Translations under genes and position numbers: made by a program
Sequence record: NC_018855.1
Length of the DNA: 64,000 nucleotides
Reading direction: 5' to 3' (one strand)
DNA from: Escherichia phage HX01
The notes under the pieces: model-generated
What the model saw: only the letters and a program-made list of their open reading frames with translations
The model's database searches: none
What the model was told of the DNA's origin: nothing
Shown: one piece after another, positions 1-7,241 of the stretch
Layout of the letters: each line of letters begins with the position of its first letter
Position numbering within the stretch: the first letter of the stretch is position 1

Positions 1-561
1 AAACTTCTTGAAACAGAAAAACCATTTATTAAAGACGAAGTCATTGTTCTACAAGAGCCATTTACTAAGACATATAAGCTAGACGGTAAAAATATGACCG
101 AAATGCTTTTCAATAATGGGCAATTCGTTCGTATTCGAGATGCTGTAGAAACGTCTACATTCGTTAAAGCACGTGGTGTTTCAGGCGAATATATGATACG
201 ATACTGGAATCTTACAGTAGAAACATATGGTGATGATGAAGAATACGTCCGCGAAGATATAAAGGTTATTTCTTCTGAAGAAGAGCTTTATAAATTCAAT
301 TTGTTTTTGGCTAAGGCCGCAGAAACATACAAATTCTGGAATAAAGGTGGTAAAGCTCCATGGAGCGAATTCTGGGATGCTAAACGCATGTTCACTAAGG
401 TGAAGGCACTACCTGTATCAACCTTCCATAAGGCCCAGGGTATGTCTGTTGACACGGCCTTTGTTTATACACCGTGTATCCATTATGCCGATTCAGAATT
501 AGCTAAACAGTTATTGTATGTCGGCACAACTCGTGGTCGGTTTGACGTCCATTTTATTTGA
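1..561 (+). CDS. dda: Dda-like SF1B DNA helicase, C-terminal part (start lies upstream of window)
   Basis: Frame open from position 1; C-terminus ...HKAQGMSVD...YVGTTRGRFDVHFI resembles T4 Dda motifs V/VI; lies just upstream of dexA as in T4. Confidence 0.7.
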   Translation, partial: KLLETEKPFIKDEVIVLQEPFTKTYKLDGKNMTEMLFNNGQFVRIRDAVETSTFVKARGVSGEYMIRYWNLTVETYGDDEEYVREDIKVISSEEELYKFNLFLAKAAETYKFWNKGGKAPWSEFWDAKRMFTKVKALPVSTFHKAQGMSVDTAFVYTPCIHYADSELAKQLLYVGTTRGRFDVHFI

Positions 562-570
562 GAGAAAATT

Positions 571-1248
571 ATGAGCACTGATGTTATTATAGATTTTGAA
601 ACATTCGGCAATACATCAAAAGCGGCTGTTATTGACCTTGCGGTTATTGCATATAATTCCGACCCTGAAGTTGTTGAATCATTTGAAGAACTTGTTCAAC
701 GAGGTAAGCGAATTAAATTTAATTTAGCTTCTCAGAAAGGGAAGCGAGTTTTCGCTAAATCCACTATGAAATGGTGGAAAGAACAATCGGCTGAAGCGCG
801 TAAAAACTTGGCTCCGTCTGAAGACGATGTCACTACGCTTGAAGGCATTAAAATCTTTTTAGATTATTGCCGAGCTAATAAAGTTGACCAATGGAAATCA
901 CAGATGTGGTGTCGTGGTATGAGCTTTGACTTCCCAATCTTGGTCGATTTGATTCGTGACCTCTATCGTGATGAAGGTGTTCTTGAACCAGATATTGATA
1001 CTGATAAATTAGAACCTGTTAAATTCTGGGCTCAACGTGATATTCGTACGGCAATCGAAGCTTACTCGTTGACACGAGGATTAAGTATGTGTCCATTACC
1101 GATGGGTACGCTAAAAGGATTCGTTGCCCATGATAGTATTCATGATTGTGCTAAAGATATTTTGATGTTAAAATATGCTCAGCGTTATGCGCTTGGCCTT
1201 GAAGATGTCCCTGAGAATCCTGATCCGTTAAGTGTAAAACAGCGATAA
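571..1248 (+). CDS. dexA: Exonuclease A (DnaQ-like 3-5 exonuclease)
   Basis: 225 aa; N-terminus IIDFETFG and overall similarity to T4 DexA (227 aa) from memory; synteny. Confidence 0.8.
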   Translation: MSTDVIIDFETFGNTSKAAVIDLAVIAYNSDPEVVESFEELVQRGKRIKFNLASQKGKRVFAKSTMKWWKEQSAEARKNLAPSEDDVTTLEGIKIFLDYCRANKVDQWKSQMWCRGMSFDFPILVDLIRDLYRDEGVLEPDIDTDKLEPVKFWAQRDIRTAIEAYSLTRGLSMCPLPMGTLKGFVAHDSIHDCAKDILMLKYAQRYALGLEDVPENPDPLSVKQR

Positions 1249-1252
1249 AACA

Positions 1253-1282
1253 GTTTACAACCAAGGATGGTTGGAGTATAAT
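1253..1282 (+). promoter_or_regulatory. Early-type sigma70 promoter (GTTTAC-18-TATAAT)
   Basis: GTTTACAACCAAGGATGGTTGGAGTATAAT upstream of ORF 1314. Confidence 0.6.
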
Positions 1283-1313
1283 CTTTCTATCTTAACCAAA
1301 CAGGAAAAACATT

Positions 1314-1808
1314 ATGAATATCAATACTATGGCTACTTACATCCTGAAAGACGAAAAACAAATCAACTGGTACGGTGCTTCAGTGCGAGCTTATGAAAAG
1401 TTTTGTGAAATTTTAGGTGCCACTCAAGGTAATAGTTTCACTATTGTTAACTTCATCAAACAAGCTGAAGGCCCTTGGTTATTCTTAGAAATTAAAAATT
1501 CACACGGTACAATTTCTACTACCGCCCTTCCAAGCACTGACTTTGAACTGTTGATTGAAGAAGCACCTGTTAAAGATGGTCTCCACTTTGATATGGACAT
1601 CGCTTGTATGTACGGTACTCTGATTAAGCCTATTGAGCCTACTGATTTGTTGTGTAAAGCTGTTTCAATTCGACGTCCGTTCGCAGGACCAGTGAGTGGA
1701 TGGGTAACTGATCAGTGGATTGAAGACGGTGTTGAACTTCTGAACGTAGTTCATGCGGGTGATTTTAGTGTAGTTCCACGTAGTGCAGTAGTTAATATCC
1801 TTAATTAA
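1314..1808 (+). CDS. Hypothetical protein, paralog A of a tandem three-gene family (motB-region)
   Basis: 164 aa; C-terminal motif GWVTDQWIEDGVELLNVVHAGDFSVVP shared with the two downstream ORFs; own promoter upstream. Confidence 0.6.
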   Translation: MNINTMATYILKDEKQINWYGASVRAYEKFCEILGATQGNSFTIVNFIKQAEGPWLFLEIKNSHGTISTTALPSTDFELLIEEAPVKDGLHFDMDIACMYGTLIKPIEPTDLLCKAVSIRRPFAGPVSGWVTDQWIEDGVELLNVVHAGDFSVVPRSAVVNILN

Positions 1809-1810
1809 TG

Positions 1811-1840
1811 TTGTACATCCAAGGATGGATGGAGTATAAT
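1811..1840 (+). promoter_or_regulatory. Early-type promoter (TTGTAC-18-TATAAT)
   Basis: Near-copy of promoter at 1253 (spacer CATCCAAGGATGGATGGAG). Confidence 0.55.
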
Positions 1841-1872
1841 GAATTCAATTTAAACAAAGAGAGAGAGAAATT

Positions 1873-2337
1873 ATGATTACTATTGGTGAAATCCTTCGTG
1901 TATCTCCTGCTTCTCGTTCTAAAGCTGCAGGTCGTCTGGTTGAAGTAGCAGGGCTTCGTACTAACGGCATGGGACGTGTTAAAGAAGTTAAAGTTCGAAT
2001 CATCCCCAGTTTTGGCGGACAAGATGCCCAGTATGCTTACGTAAGTCCTAAATTCCTGGAAAAACATATACGAGTCCAATTTGCTTCAAGCGATATCGTT
2101 GAGCCTACTACACAGTTCAAATGGGCCCTTTGCAAAGGCGTTGAATTTATAACCGATAAAGAATTTGATTACATCGACGAATACGGATATCCAAGCAAAA
2201 CTGATATTATGTGTGGCTTCATTAGTGACCAATGGGTTGAAGATGGTGAAAAGTTATACAATATCGTATTCTTAGGTGACTTCCGAGTTGTTAAAGAATC
2301 TGAAATCACTCGCTATGTGTCTCCTCGTAAAGCTTAA
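1873..2337 (+). CDS. Hypothetical protein, paralog B of tandem family
   Basis: 154 aa; full-length similarity to ORF 2347-2766 (SPASRSKAAGRLVEV vs SVASRSKVAGKLVEV; FISDQWVEDGEKLYNIVF vs FISDRWVEDGVKLYNIVF). Confidence 0.6.
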   Translation: MITIGEILRVSPASRSKAAGRLVEVAGLRTNGMGRVKEVKVRIIPSFGGQDAQYAYVSPKFLEKHIRVQFASSDIVEPTTQFKWALCKGVEFITDKEFDYIDEYGYPSKTDIMCGFISDQWVEDGEKLYNIVFLGDFRVVKESEITRYVSPRKA

Positions 2338-2346
2338 GGAATTATT

Positions 2347-2766
2347 ATGAATATTGTAAATCTTTCTACAGGTGATTACGTATATGTATCTGTTGCTTCT
2401 CGCTCTAAAGTTGCCGGGAAGTTGGTTGAAGTTCTTTCTGTGAGTGATCCGGTTTTTGGACGTAACGAAGTTAAAGTTCGTGACGCCGATGGTAATATTG
2501 GTTACGTTAAAAGCCAATTCATTGAACCAGAAGAAAAGGCGTTCAAATGGGGACTATGCAGATCAGTTTCTGTTGAAAAAGACCACGAATTCACTATTGC
2601 TGCGGCAACCGATGGAACGCCATGGAAAACTAAGCAAATCGCCGGATTTATTAGCGACCGTTGGGTAGAAGATGGTGTTAAGCTTTATAACATCGTTTTC
2701 GCTGGTCAGTTCATGGTAGTTCCTGAATTCCAAATTAAAAAATATAGCCCAGCTGCTTTCGCATAA
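2347..2766 (+). CDS. Hypothetical protein, paralog C of tandem family
   Basis: 139 aa; paralog of ORF 1873-2337; RBS AAGGA upstream. Confidence 0.6.
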   Translation: MNIVNLSTGDYVYVSVASRSKVAGKLVEVLSVSDPVFGRNEVKVRDADGNIGYVKSQFIEPEEKAFKWGLCRSVSVEKDHEFTIAAATDGTPWKTKQIAGFISDRWVEDGVKLYNIVFAGQFMVVPEFQIKKYSPAAFA

Positions 2767-2770
2767 AGTT

Positions 2771-2799
2771 GTTTACTTCTCCTCTGGTTTTGATATTAT
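2771..2799 (+). promoter_or_regulatory. Early-type promoter (GTTTAC-17-TATTAT) inside an 11-bp inverted repeat
   Basis: CTCCTCTGGTT (2779-2789) and AACCAGAGGAG (2809-2819) flank the -10; right arm carries the RBS. Confidence 0.55.
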
Positions 2800-2825
2800 A
2801 GCCATATTAACCAGAGGAGAATAAT

Positions 2826-3350
2826 ATGTTAGTTTACCGCGTAGAACGTAGTTTTTGTACTCAACGTGAATCATTACCAGGAATTGCTATTGAAGACGGT
2901 AAAGCCGTCAGAATTTGGGAAACCTCTTGGAATAAAGAACCTCGCTCACCATACGGTTGGTCAGGCACCGACAACTCTGAAGAAACATGGGAGTTCCTTG
3001 ATAAACATGGAATACTCTCAGGTAACTTCTACCATCATGGCGACAACTATAATGTCCCTAATCGTCCTACAGTAAATGAAGACAAACTCCTTGAACAAAA
3101 TATCTTAAGATACTATAGAATTGAGCACACATTTGAATTGAGTGAAGATTGGGCTCAAGGGTTCTATTTTGGATTTGAAAGTGTTGACGCGGTTTATGCA
3201 TGGTTTGATGACCAGGTGGATGTTGAACTCCTGAAAGCTAAAGGATACTACATCGCCGTCTATGAAGCACCTGATTTCATCCTCGGAAGTTGTCAATTAA
3301 TGTTTAGACGTTCATTGGCAGAACAAGTTGATTTTATTTTGCTAAAATGA
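2826..3350 (+). CDS. Hypothetical early protein
   Basis: 174 aa ORF with strong RBS GAGGAGA 6 nt upstream and early promoter at 2771-2799. Confidence 0.55.
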   Translation: MLVYRVERSFCTQRESLPGIAIEDGKAVRIWETSWNKEPRSPYGWSGTDNSEETWEFLDKHGILSGNFYHHGDNYNVPNRPTVNEDKLLEQNILRYYRIEHTFELSEDWAQGFYFGFESVDAVYAWFDDQVDVELLKAKGYYIAVYEAPDFILGSCQLMFRRSLAEQVDFILLK

Positions 3351-3379
3351 TGTACAACAACTATGGTCTATGATACTAT
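3351..3379 (+). promoter_or_regulatory. Early-type promoter (TGTACA-17-TACTAT) with palindrome GGTCTAT/ATAGACC around -10
   Basis: Palindrome 3365-3384. Confidence 0.5.
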
Positions 3380-3407
3380 AGACCTATCAAAACAAGAGGA
3401 GAATATT

Positions 3408-3635
3408 ATGAAACGTCAAATCATTAAAAACGTAACTACTGATTCAAACATCGATGAGTTTGAAGATGTTCTGTTTAATCCTGATTTAGTTGTTGTACAG
3501 AAAAGCTGGACCGAATTTTTATGCTACACCGAAGTGGTTTACGTTTACGAAAAACTCGGTGATGAAATGCCTATCTATGGTATCTTCCGTGAAATCACTG
3601 AAAACGGTACAACTTATTGGAAGGAAACTTACTAA
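3408..3635 (+). CDS. Hypothetical protein (start moved to ATG with AGGAG RBS)
   Basis: ORF track 3363-3635; in-frame ATG at 3408 is preceded by AAGAGGAGAA; promoter at 3351-3379. Confidence 0.5.
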   Translation: MKRQIIKNVTTDSNIDEFEDVLFNPDLVVVQKSWTEFLCYTEVVYVYEKLGDEMPIYGIFREITENGTTYWKETY

Positions 3636-4045
3636 TGGCTAATAAATTTGAAGTTAATAAATGGTATCAGTTCATAGATAAACGTGCCCAAGAAGAGTTT
3701 ATTAAAGACCACACTGATAATGGGATTTATGCACGACGTCTTGGCATGGAGCCATTTAAAGTATTAGATGTTGACCATCTTGGACGTCCTACTAAACTTG
3801 TGACATCTACTGGCATGGTTGGATACGCAACAGGCGGTGATATCCTTGATGAAAACTTTATCTGGCTCTCCACAAATGAAGCAGAGTTCTTTGACGAAGT
3901 TGAAAATCCATATCAAGCGTCCGAAGAGCAAGATTCTGGTGAACTTGACGAATTGTCTGAATTTCCTGTGATGACGATTACTATCGAAAATAATGATCAG
4001 GCATGGTCTTTGTATCAAATGTTGAAAACACATTTTAAGGAATAA
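3635..4045 (+). CDS. Hypothetical acidic protein
   Basis: ORF track 3617-4045; ATG at 3635 overlaps the upstream stop (TAATG) and has an AAGGAAA RBS. Confidence 0.5.
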   Translation: MANKFEVNKWYQFIDKRAQEEFIKDHTDNGIYARRLGMEPFKVLDVDHLGRPTKLVTSTGMVGYATGGDILDENFIWLSTNEAEFFDEVENPYQASEEQDSGELDELSEFPVMTITIENNDQAWSLYQMLKTHFKE

Positions 4046-4047
4046 TA

Positions 4048-4227
4048 ATGCCATTATACGACTATAAATGTCAATCTGAAGATTGTGGCCATGAATATGA
4101 AAAAATTAAAAGAATTTCTGAACGAGAAAACGATGTTTGCCCTGAATGTCATCGTTTGTCTACTCGTCGGGTTTCTGCTCCTAAACATGTGAACGGTGGT
4201 TTTTACGACTTACTTAAGAAGGGTTAA
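4048..4227 (+). CDS. Small zinc-ribbon protein (CxxC...CxxC)
   Basis: 59 aa, below ORF-track cutoff; MPLYDYKCQSEDCGH...CPECH; tightly packed between neighbours. Confidence 0.45.
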   Translation: MPLYDYKCQSEDCGHEYEKIKRISERENDVCPECHRLSTRRVSAPKHVNGGFYDLLKKG

Positions 4228-4229
4228 TT

Positions 4230-4655
4230 ATGGCTTTTAAAGGTTTTGAAGTTGGTAAGAAATATCGTATTATCAAAGGACAGGAAGATAATTTCTTGAG
4301 AATTCTTAATACGACTGGTAAACGTCTTAATACTAATCTGCATACTACTTTGTTGTCCAAAGATTTTATTGTAGAAGAGATGATTGGTTACGGCGTTTCG
4401 GTTATTGCCGTAGAAGCCGTAGGCGATTATGGCCGAACTATTCATAGTATGCAAGGTGATATTCTGCTTTATGGTGCAGAATTTAAATTCTTTGAAGAAG
4501 TTCCGGAACCAGATACATCTGTCGATTTCAAAAAAGGCTCTGTAGAATTTGTTGATGGTTCGGTGATCGTATCAGGTGATGTGGTCATTACAGTTAAAAG
4601 TGAACAAGGGCGTTTGGCTGCAATTGATGCACTTCAGAAAATTAAATTTAAATAA
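4230..4655 (+). CDS. Hypothetical protein, positional and length equivalent of T4 goF (141 aa)
   Basis: 141 aa ORF followed directly by a UUCG hairpin terminator; sits upstream of gene 39 as goF does in T4; sequence identity not verified. Confidence 0.45.
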   Translation: MAFKGFEVGKKYRIIKGQEDNFLRILNTTGKRLNTNLHTTLLSKDFIVEEMIGYGVSVIAVEAVGDYGRTIHSMQGDILLYGAEFKFFEEVPEPDTSVDFKKGSVEFVDGSVIVSGDVVITVKSEQGRLAAIDALQKIKFK

Positions 4656-4673
4656 GGGCTTCGGCCCTTTTTG
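4655..4673 (+). terminator. Intrinsic terminator (GGGC-UUCG-GCCC plus T-run)
   Basis: AGGGCTTCGGCCCTTTTT immediately after ORF 4230-4655. Confidence 0.7.
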
Positions 4674-4696
4674 CTTTAGATTTCGGATGATAGAAT
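4669..4696 (+). promoter_or_regulatory. Putative MotA-dependent middle promoter
   Basis: MotA-box-like TTTGCTTTA at about -30, 12-nt spacer, TAGAAT -10; overlaps upstream terminator; precedes homing endonuclease. Confidence 0.45.
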
Positions 4697-4702
4697 ACCT
4701 TT

Positions 4703-5386
4703 ATGAAATACATAACATACTTAACAATATACACAGGCGATAAGTTGCCACCGTTTTATATAGGGTCTACTTATCTTGATAAACATACAAACAATTACTA
4801 TCATGGTACGGTAAAGTCGAAAAAATATAAACAAATTTATGATAAAGAGATAAAAGATAATCCTCATTTATTTGATTCATGTATTATTGGCGAATTTGAT
4901 ACACGGGAAGAAGCGACGTTTTGTGAGTTGTATTACCAGAAATTGCATAATGTGGTTAAATCTGAAAAATTTTTCAACATGTCTTATGCCACAGTTGATG
5001 GGTGCTTTGGTATGGATGTTTCAAAAGAGTTAAATCCATTTTATGGACATAATCACTCTGAAGAAACTATTGAACTACAATCCGTTATCAAGAAAGGCGA
5101 TCTTAATCCGATGTATGGAATTAAGCGCCCGGAACATTCTAAAGCAATGAGTGGCAAAAACAATCCATTTTATAATAAGAAACATACAAAGGAAGCGCTT
5201 ATAAAGTGTGGGCTTAAAAATCGTAAAAGTCCTGTATGGGAATATGAATCTGCTTTATATAAATTATGGTTAGAATTGGATAAACCAAAGGTTGGGAAAT
5301 TTGCTAAAGAAAGCATTAAACGTGGATTTCCGGAAGGTTCATACAAAAATATAGTCATGCAATTTGAGAGAAAATCTAATGATTGA
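4703..5386 (+). mobile_element. Free-standing GIY-YIG homing endonuclease (Seg-like) with NUMOD3-type repeats
   Basis: 227 aa; N-terminal YITYLTIYTGD...FYIGST (GIY-YIG); repeated NPFYG/NPMYG...HS(E/K) modules; 8-nt overlap with gene 39 start. Confidence 0.8.
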
Positions 5387-7199
5387 TAATAAAATTGAAA
5401 TGCTATCCGATAAAGAGCATTGTTTGAAGCGTCCTGGCATGTATATTGGAAGTGTTGCCAATGAAGAACAAGAACGTTTCCTATTCGGTGAATTTAAAAA
5501 GGTTAAATATGTTGCAGGTGTTCTCAAATTAATTGATGAAATTATTGACAACTCGGTAGACGAAGCTATTCGAACCAATTTCAAATACGCTAATAAAATT
5601 TCCGTTAGTATTGATTTAAATTCTAATAAAGTGACTGTTGAAGATAATGGTCGAGGTATTCCTCAAGAAACAGTTATTACTCCTGAAGGAGAAGAAATTC
5701 CAGGACCAGTTGCGGCGTGGACACGTACAAAAGCCGGTGGCAACTTTGGTGACGACAAAGAACGTGTTACGGGTGGACAAAACGGTGTCGGTTCTTCATT
5801 AACAAATATTTTTTCTGTCTCTTTTGTTGGCACTACTTCAGATTGTAAAAACGAATTGACAGTTAATTGTTCTAATAATGCTGATAATATTTCTTGGAAA
5901 TCTAAGCCGTCTAAAAACAACGGGACTAAGGTCGAGTTTATTCCTGATTTCTCTCATTTTGAAATGAATCAATTTGAAAAAATATACCAAGATATTACTA
6001 TAGACCGGCTCCAAACATTGGCAGTCGTTTATCCTGGCATTGAATTTAAATTTAATGGCAAAAAGATTCAAGGTAACTTTAAGAAGTTTGCTAAACAATT
6101 TGATGAAGAGGCCATCATTCAAGAACAAGACGGATGCTCTATTGCCATTGGTCGGTCACCAGATGGCTTCCGACATTTAACTTATGTTAATAACATCCAT
6201 ACCAAAAACGGCGGTCATCACATTGAATGTGTGATGGACGACATTTGCGAAGAATTAATTCCGGCTATTAAACGCAAATATAAAATCGACGTGACTAAAG
6301 CGCGCATCAAGGAATGTCTCACTCTCTTAATGTTCGTTCGTGGAATGAAGAACCTTCGTTTTGATTCCCAAACCAAAGAGCGTTTAACAAGTCCTTATGG
6401 CGAAATTCGGACGCATATTAAATTAGATACCAAAAAATTGGCAAAAAATATTTTGAATTCTGAAGCAGTTTTGATGCCTATAATTGAAGCAGCATTAGCT
6501 CGTAAATTGGCAGCAGAAAAGGCCGCAGAAACTAAAGCAGCTAAAAAGGCAACTAAAGCTAAGGTTCATAAGCATATTAAAGCTAACCAATGTGGTAAAG
6601 ATGCAGATACGACATTGTTTTTAACAGAAGGTGATTCGGCAATTGGTTATCTCATTGATGTTCGTGACCGTGAACTACACGGCGGATTCCCATTACGTGG
6701 TAAGGTGATGAATAGCTGGGGTATGTCATATGCTGATATGATGAAGAACAAAGAGCTCTTCGATATCTGTGCTATCACAGGTCTTATTCTTGGTGAAAAG
6801 GCAGAGAATACGAACTATCGTAATATTGCAATTATGACCGATGCCGATCATGATGGTCTTGGAAGTATTTATCCGGCTTTGCTTGCTTTCTTTAGTAATT
6901 GGCCTGAATTGTTTGAACAAGGACGTATTCGCTTTGTTAAAACGCCTGTAATTATTGCACAAATTGGCAAAACTCAAAAATGGTTTTATACTGTAGCTGA
7001 GTATGAAGAAGCTAAAGATACACTGCCTAAGCATAGTATTCGATACATCAAGGGATTGGGCTCCCTTGAAAAGTCAGAATATCGTGAAATGATTCAGAAC
7101 CCTGTGTACGACGTAGTTAAACTTCCTGAAAATTGGAAAGAACTCTTTGAAATGTTGTTGGGTGATGATTCAGAACTTCGTAAAGAATGGATGTCCTAA
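5379..7199 (+). CDS. 39: DNA topoisomerase II large subunit (GyrB-like ATPase), contiguous 39 plus 60-equivalent
   Basis: ORF track 5364-7199; start placed at MIDNKIEMLSD matching T4 gp39 N-terminus; GHKL ATPase and Toprim-like motifs; 606 aa with no split. Confidence 0.9.
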   Translation: MIDNKIEMLSDKEHCLKRPGMYIGSVANEEQERFLFGEFKKVKYVAGVLKLIDEIIDNSVDEAIRTNFKYANKISVSIDLNSNKVTVEDNGRGIPQETVITPEGEEIPGPVAAWTRTKAGGNFGDDKERVTGGQNGVGSSLTNIFSVSFVGTTSDCKNELTVNCSNNADNISWKSKPSKNNGTKVEFIPDFSHFEMNQFEKIYQDITIDRLQTLAVVYPGIEFKFNGKKIQGNFKKFAKQFDEEAIIQEQDGCSIAIGRSPDGFRHLTYVNNIHTKNGGHHIECVMDDICEELIPAIKRKYKIDVTKARIKECLTLLMFVRGMKNLRFDSQTKERLTSPYGEIRTHIKLDTKKLAKNILNSEAVLMPIIEAALARKLAAEKAAETKAAKKATKAKVHKHIKANQCGKDADTTLFLTEGDSAIGYLIDVRDRELHGGFPLRGKVMNSWGMSYADMMKNKELFDICAITGLILGEKAENTNYRNIAIMTDADHDGLGSIYPALLAFFSNWPELFEQGRIRFVKTPVIIAQIGKTQKWFYTVAEYEEAKDTLPKHSIRYIKGLGSLEKSEYREMIQNPVYDVVKLPENWKELFEMLLGDDSELRKEWMS

Positions 7200-7200
7200 G

Positions 7201-7225
7201 CTCCTTCTGGAGCTTCATTTTAATT
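7201..7225 (+). terminator. Possible terminator hairpin after gene 39
   Basis: GCTCCTTCTGGAGC then TTCATTTTAATTTT; weak T-run. Confidence 0.35.
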
Positions 7226-7241
7226 TTAATAAGGCTTAATT

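Noticed and set aside
1801-2079. Minus-strand ORF (92 aa) overlapping the 1873-2337 plus-strand gene, and similar antisense ORFs at 2272-2517, 3105-3296, 3764-4054 and 4224-4454
   Set aside because: They lie antisense to better-supported genes in a region transcribed uniformly on the + strand, have no RBS or promoter context, and their translations are low-complexity. Treated as shadow ORFs.
5663-7034. Minus-strand ORFs inside gene 39 (5663-5920, 5838-6128, 6726-7034)
   Set aside because: Fully embedded antisense in a conserved topoisomerase gene; shadow ORFs.
5379-7199. Search for a gene 60-type translational bypass (take-off/landing site with hairpin) in the topoisomerase gene
   Set aside because: The reading frame is continuous to the conserved C-terminus. 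No 50-nt gap or frameshift is needed.
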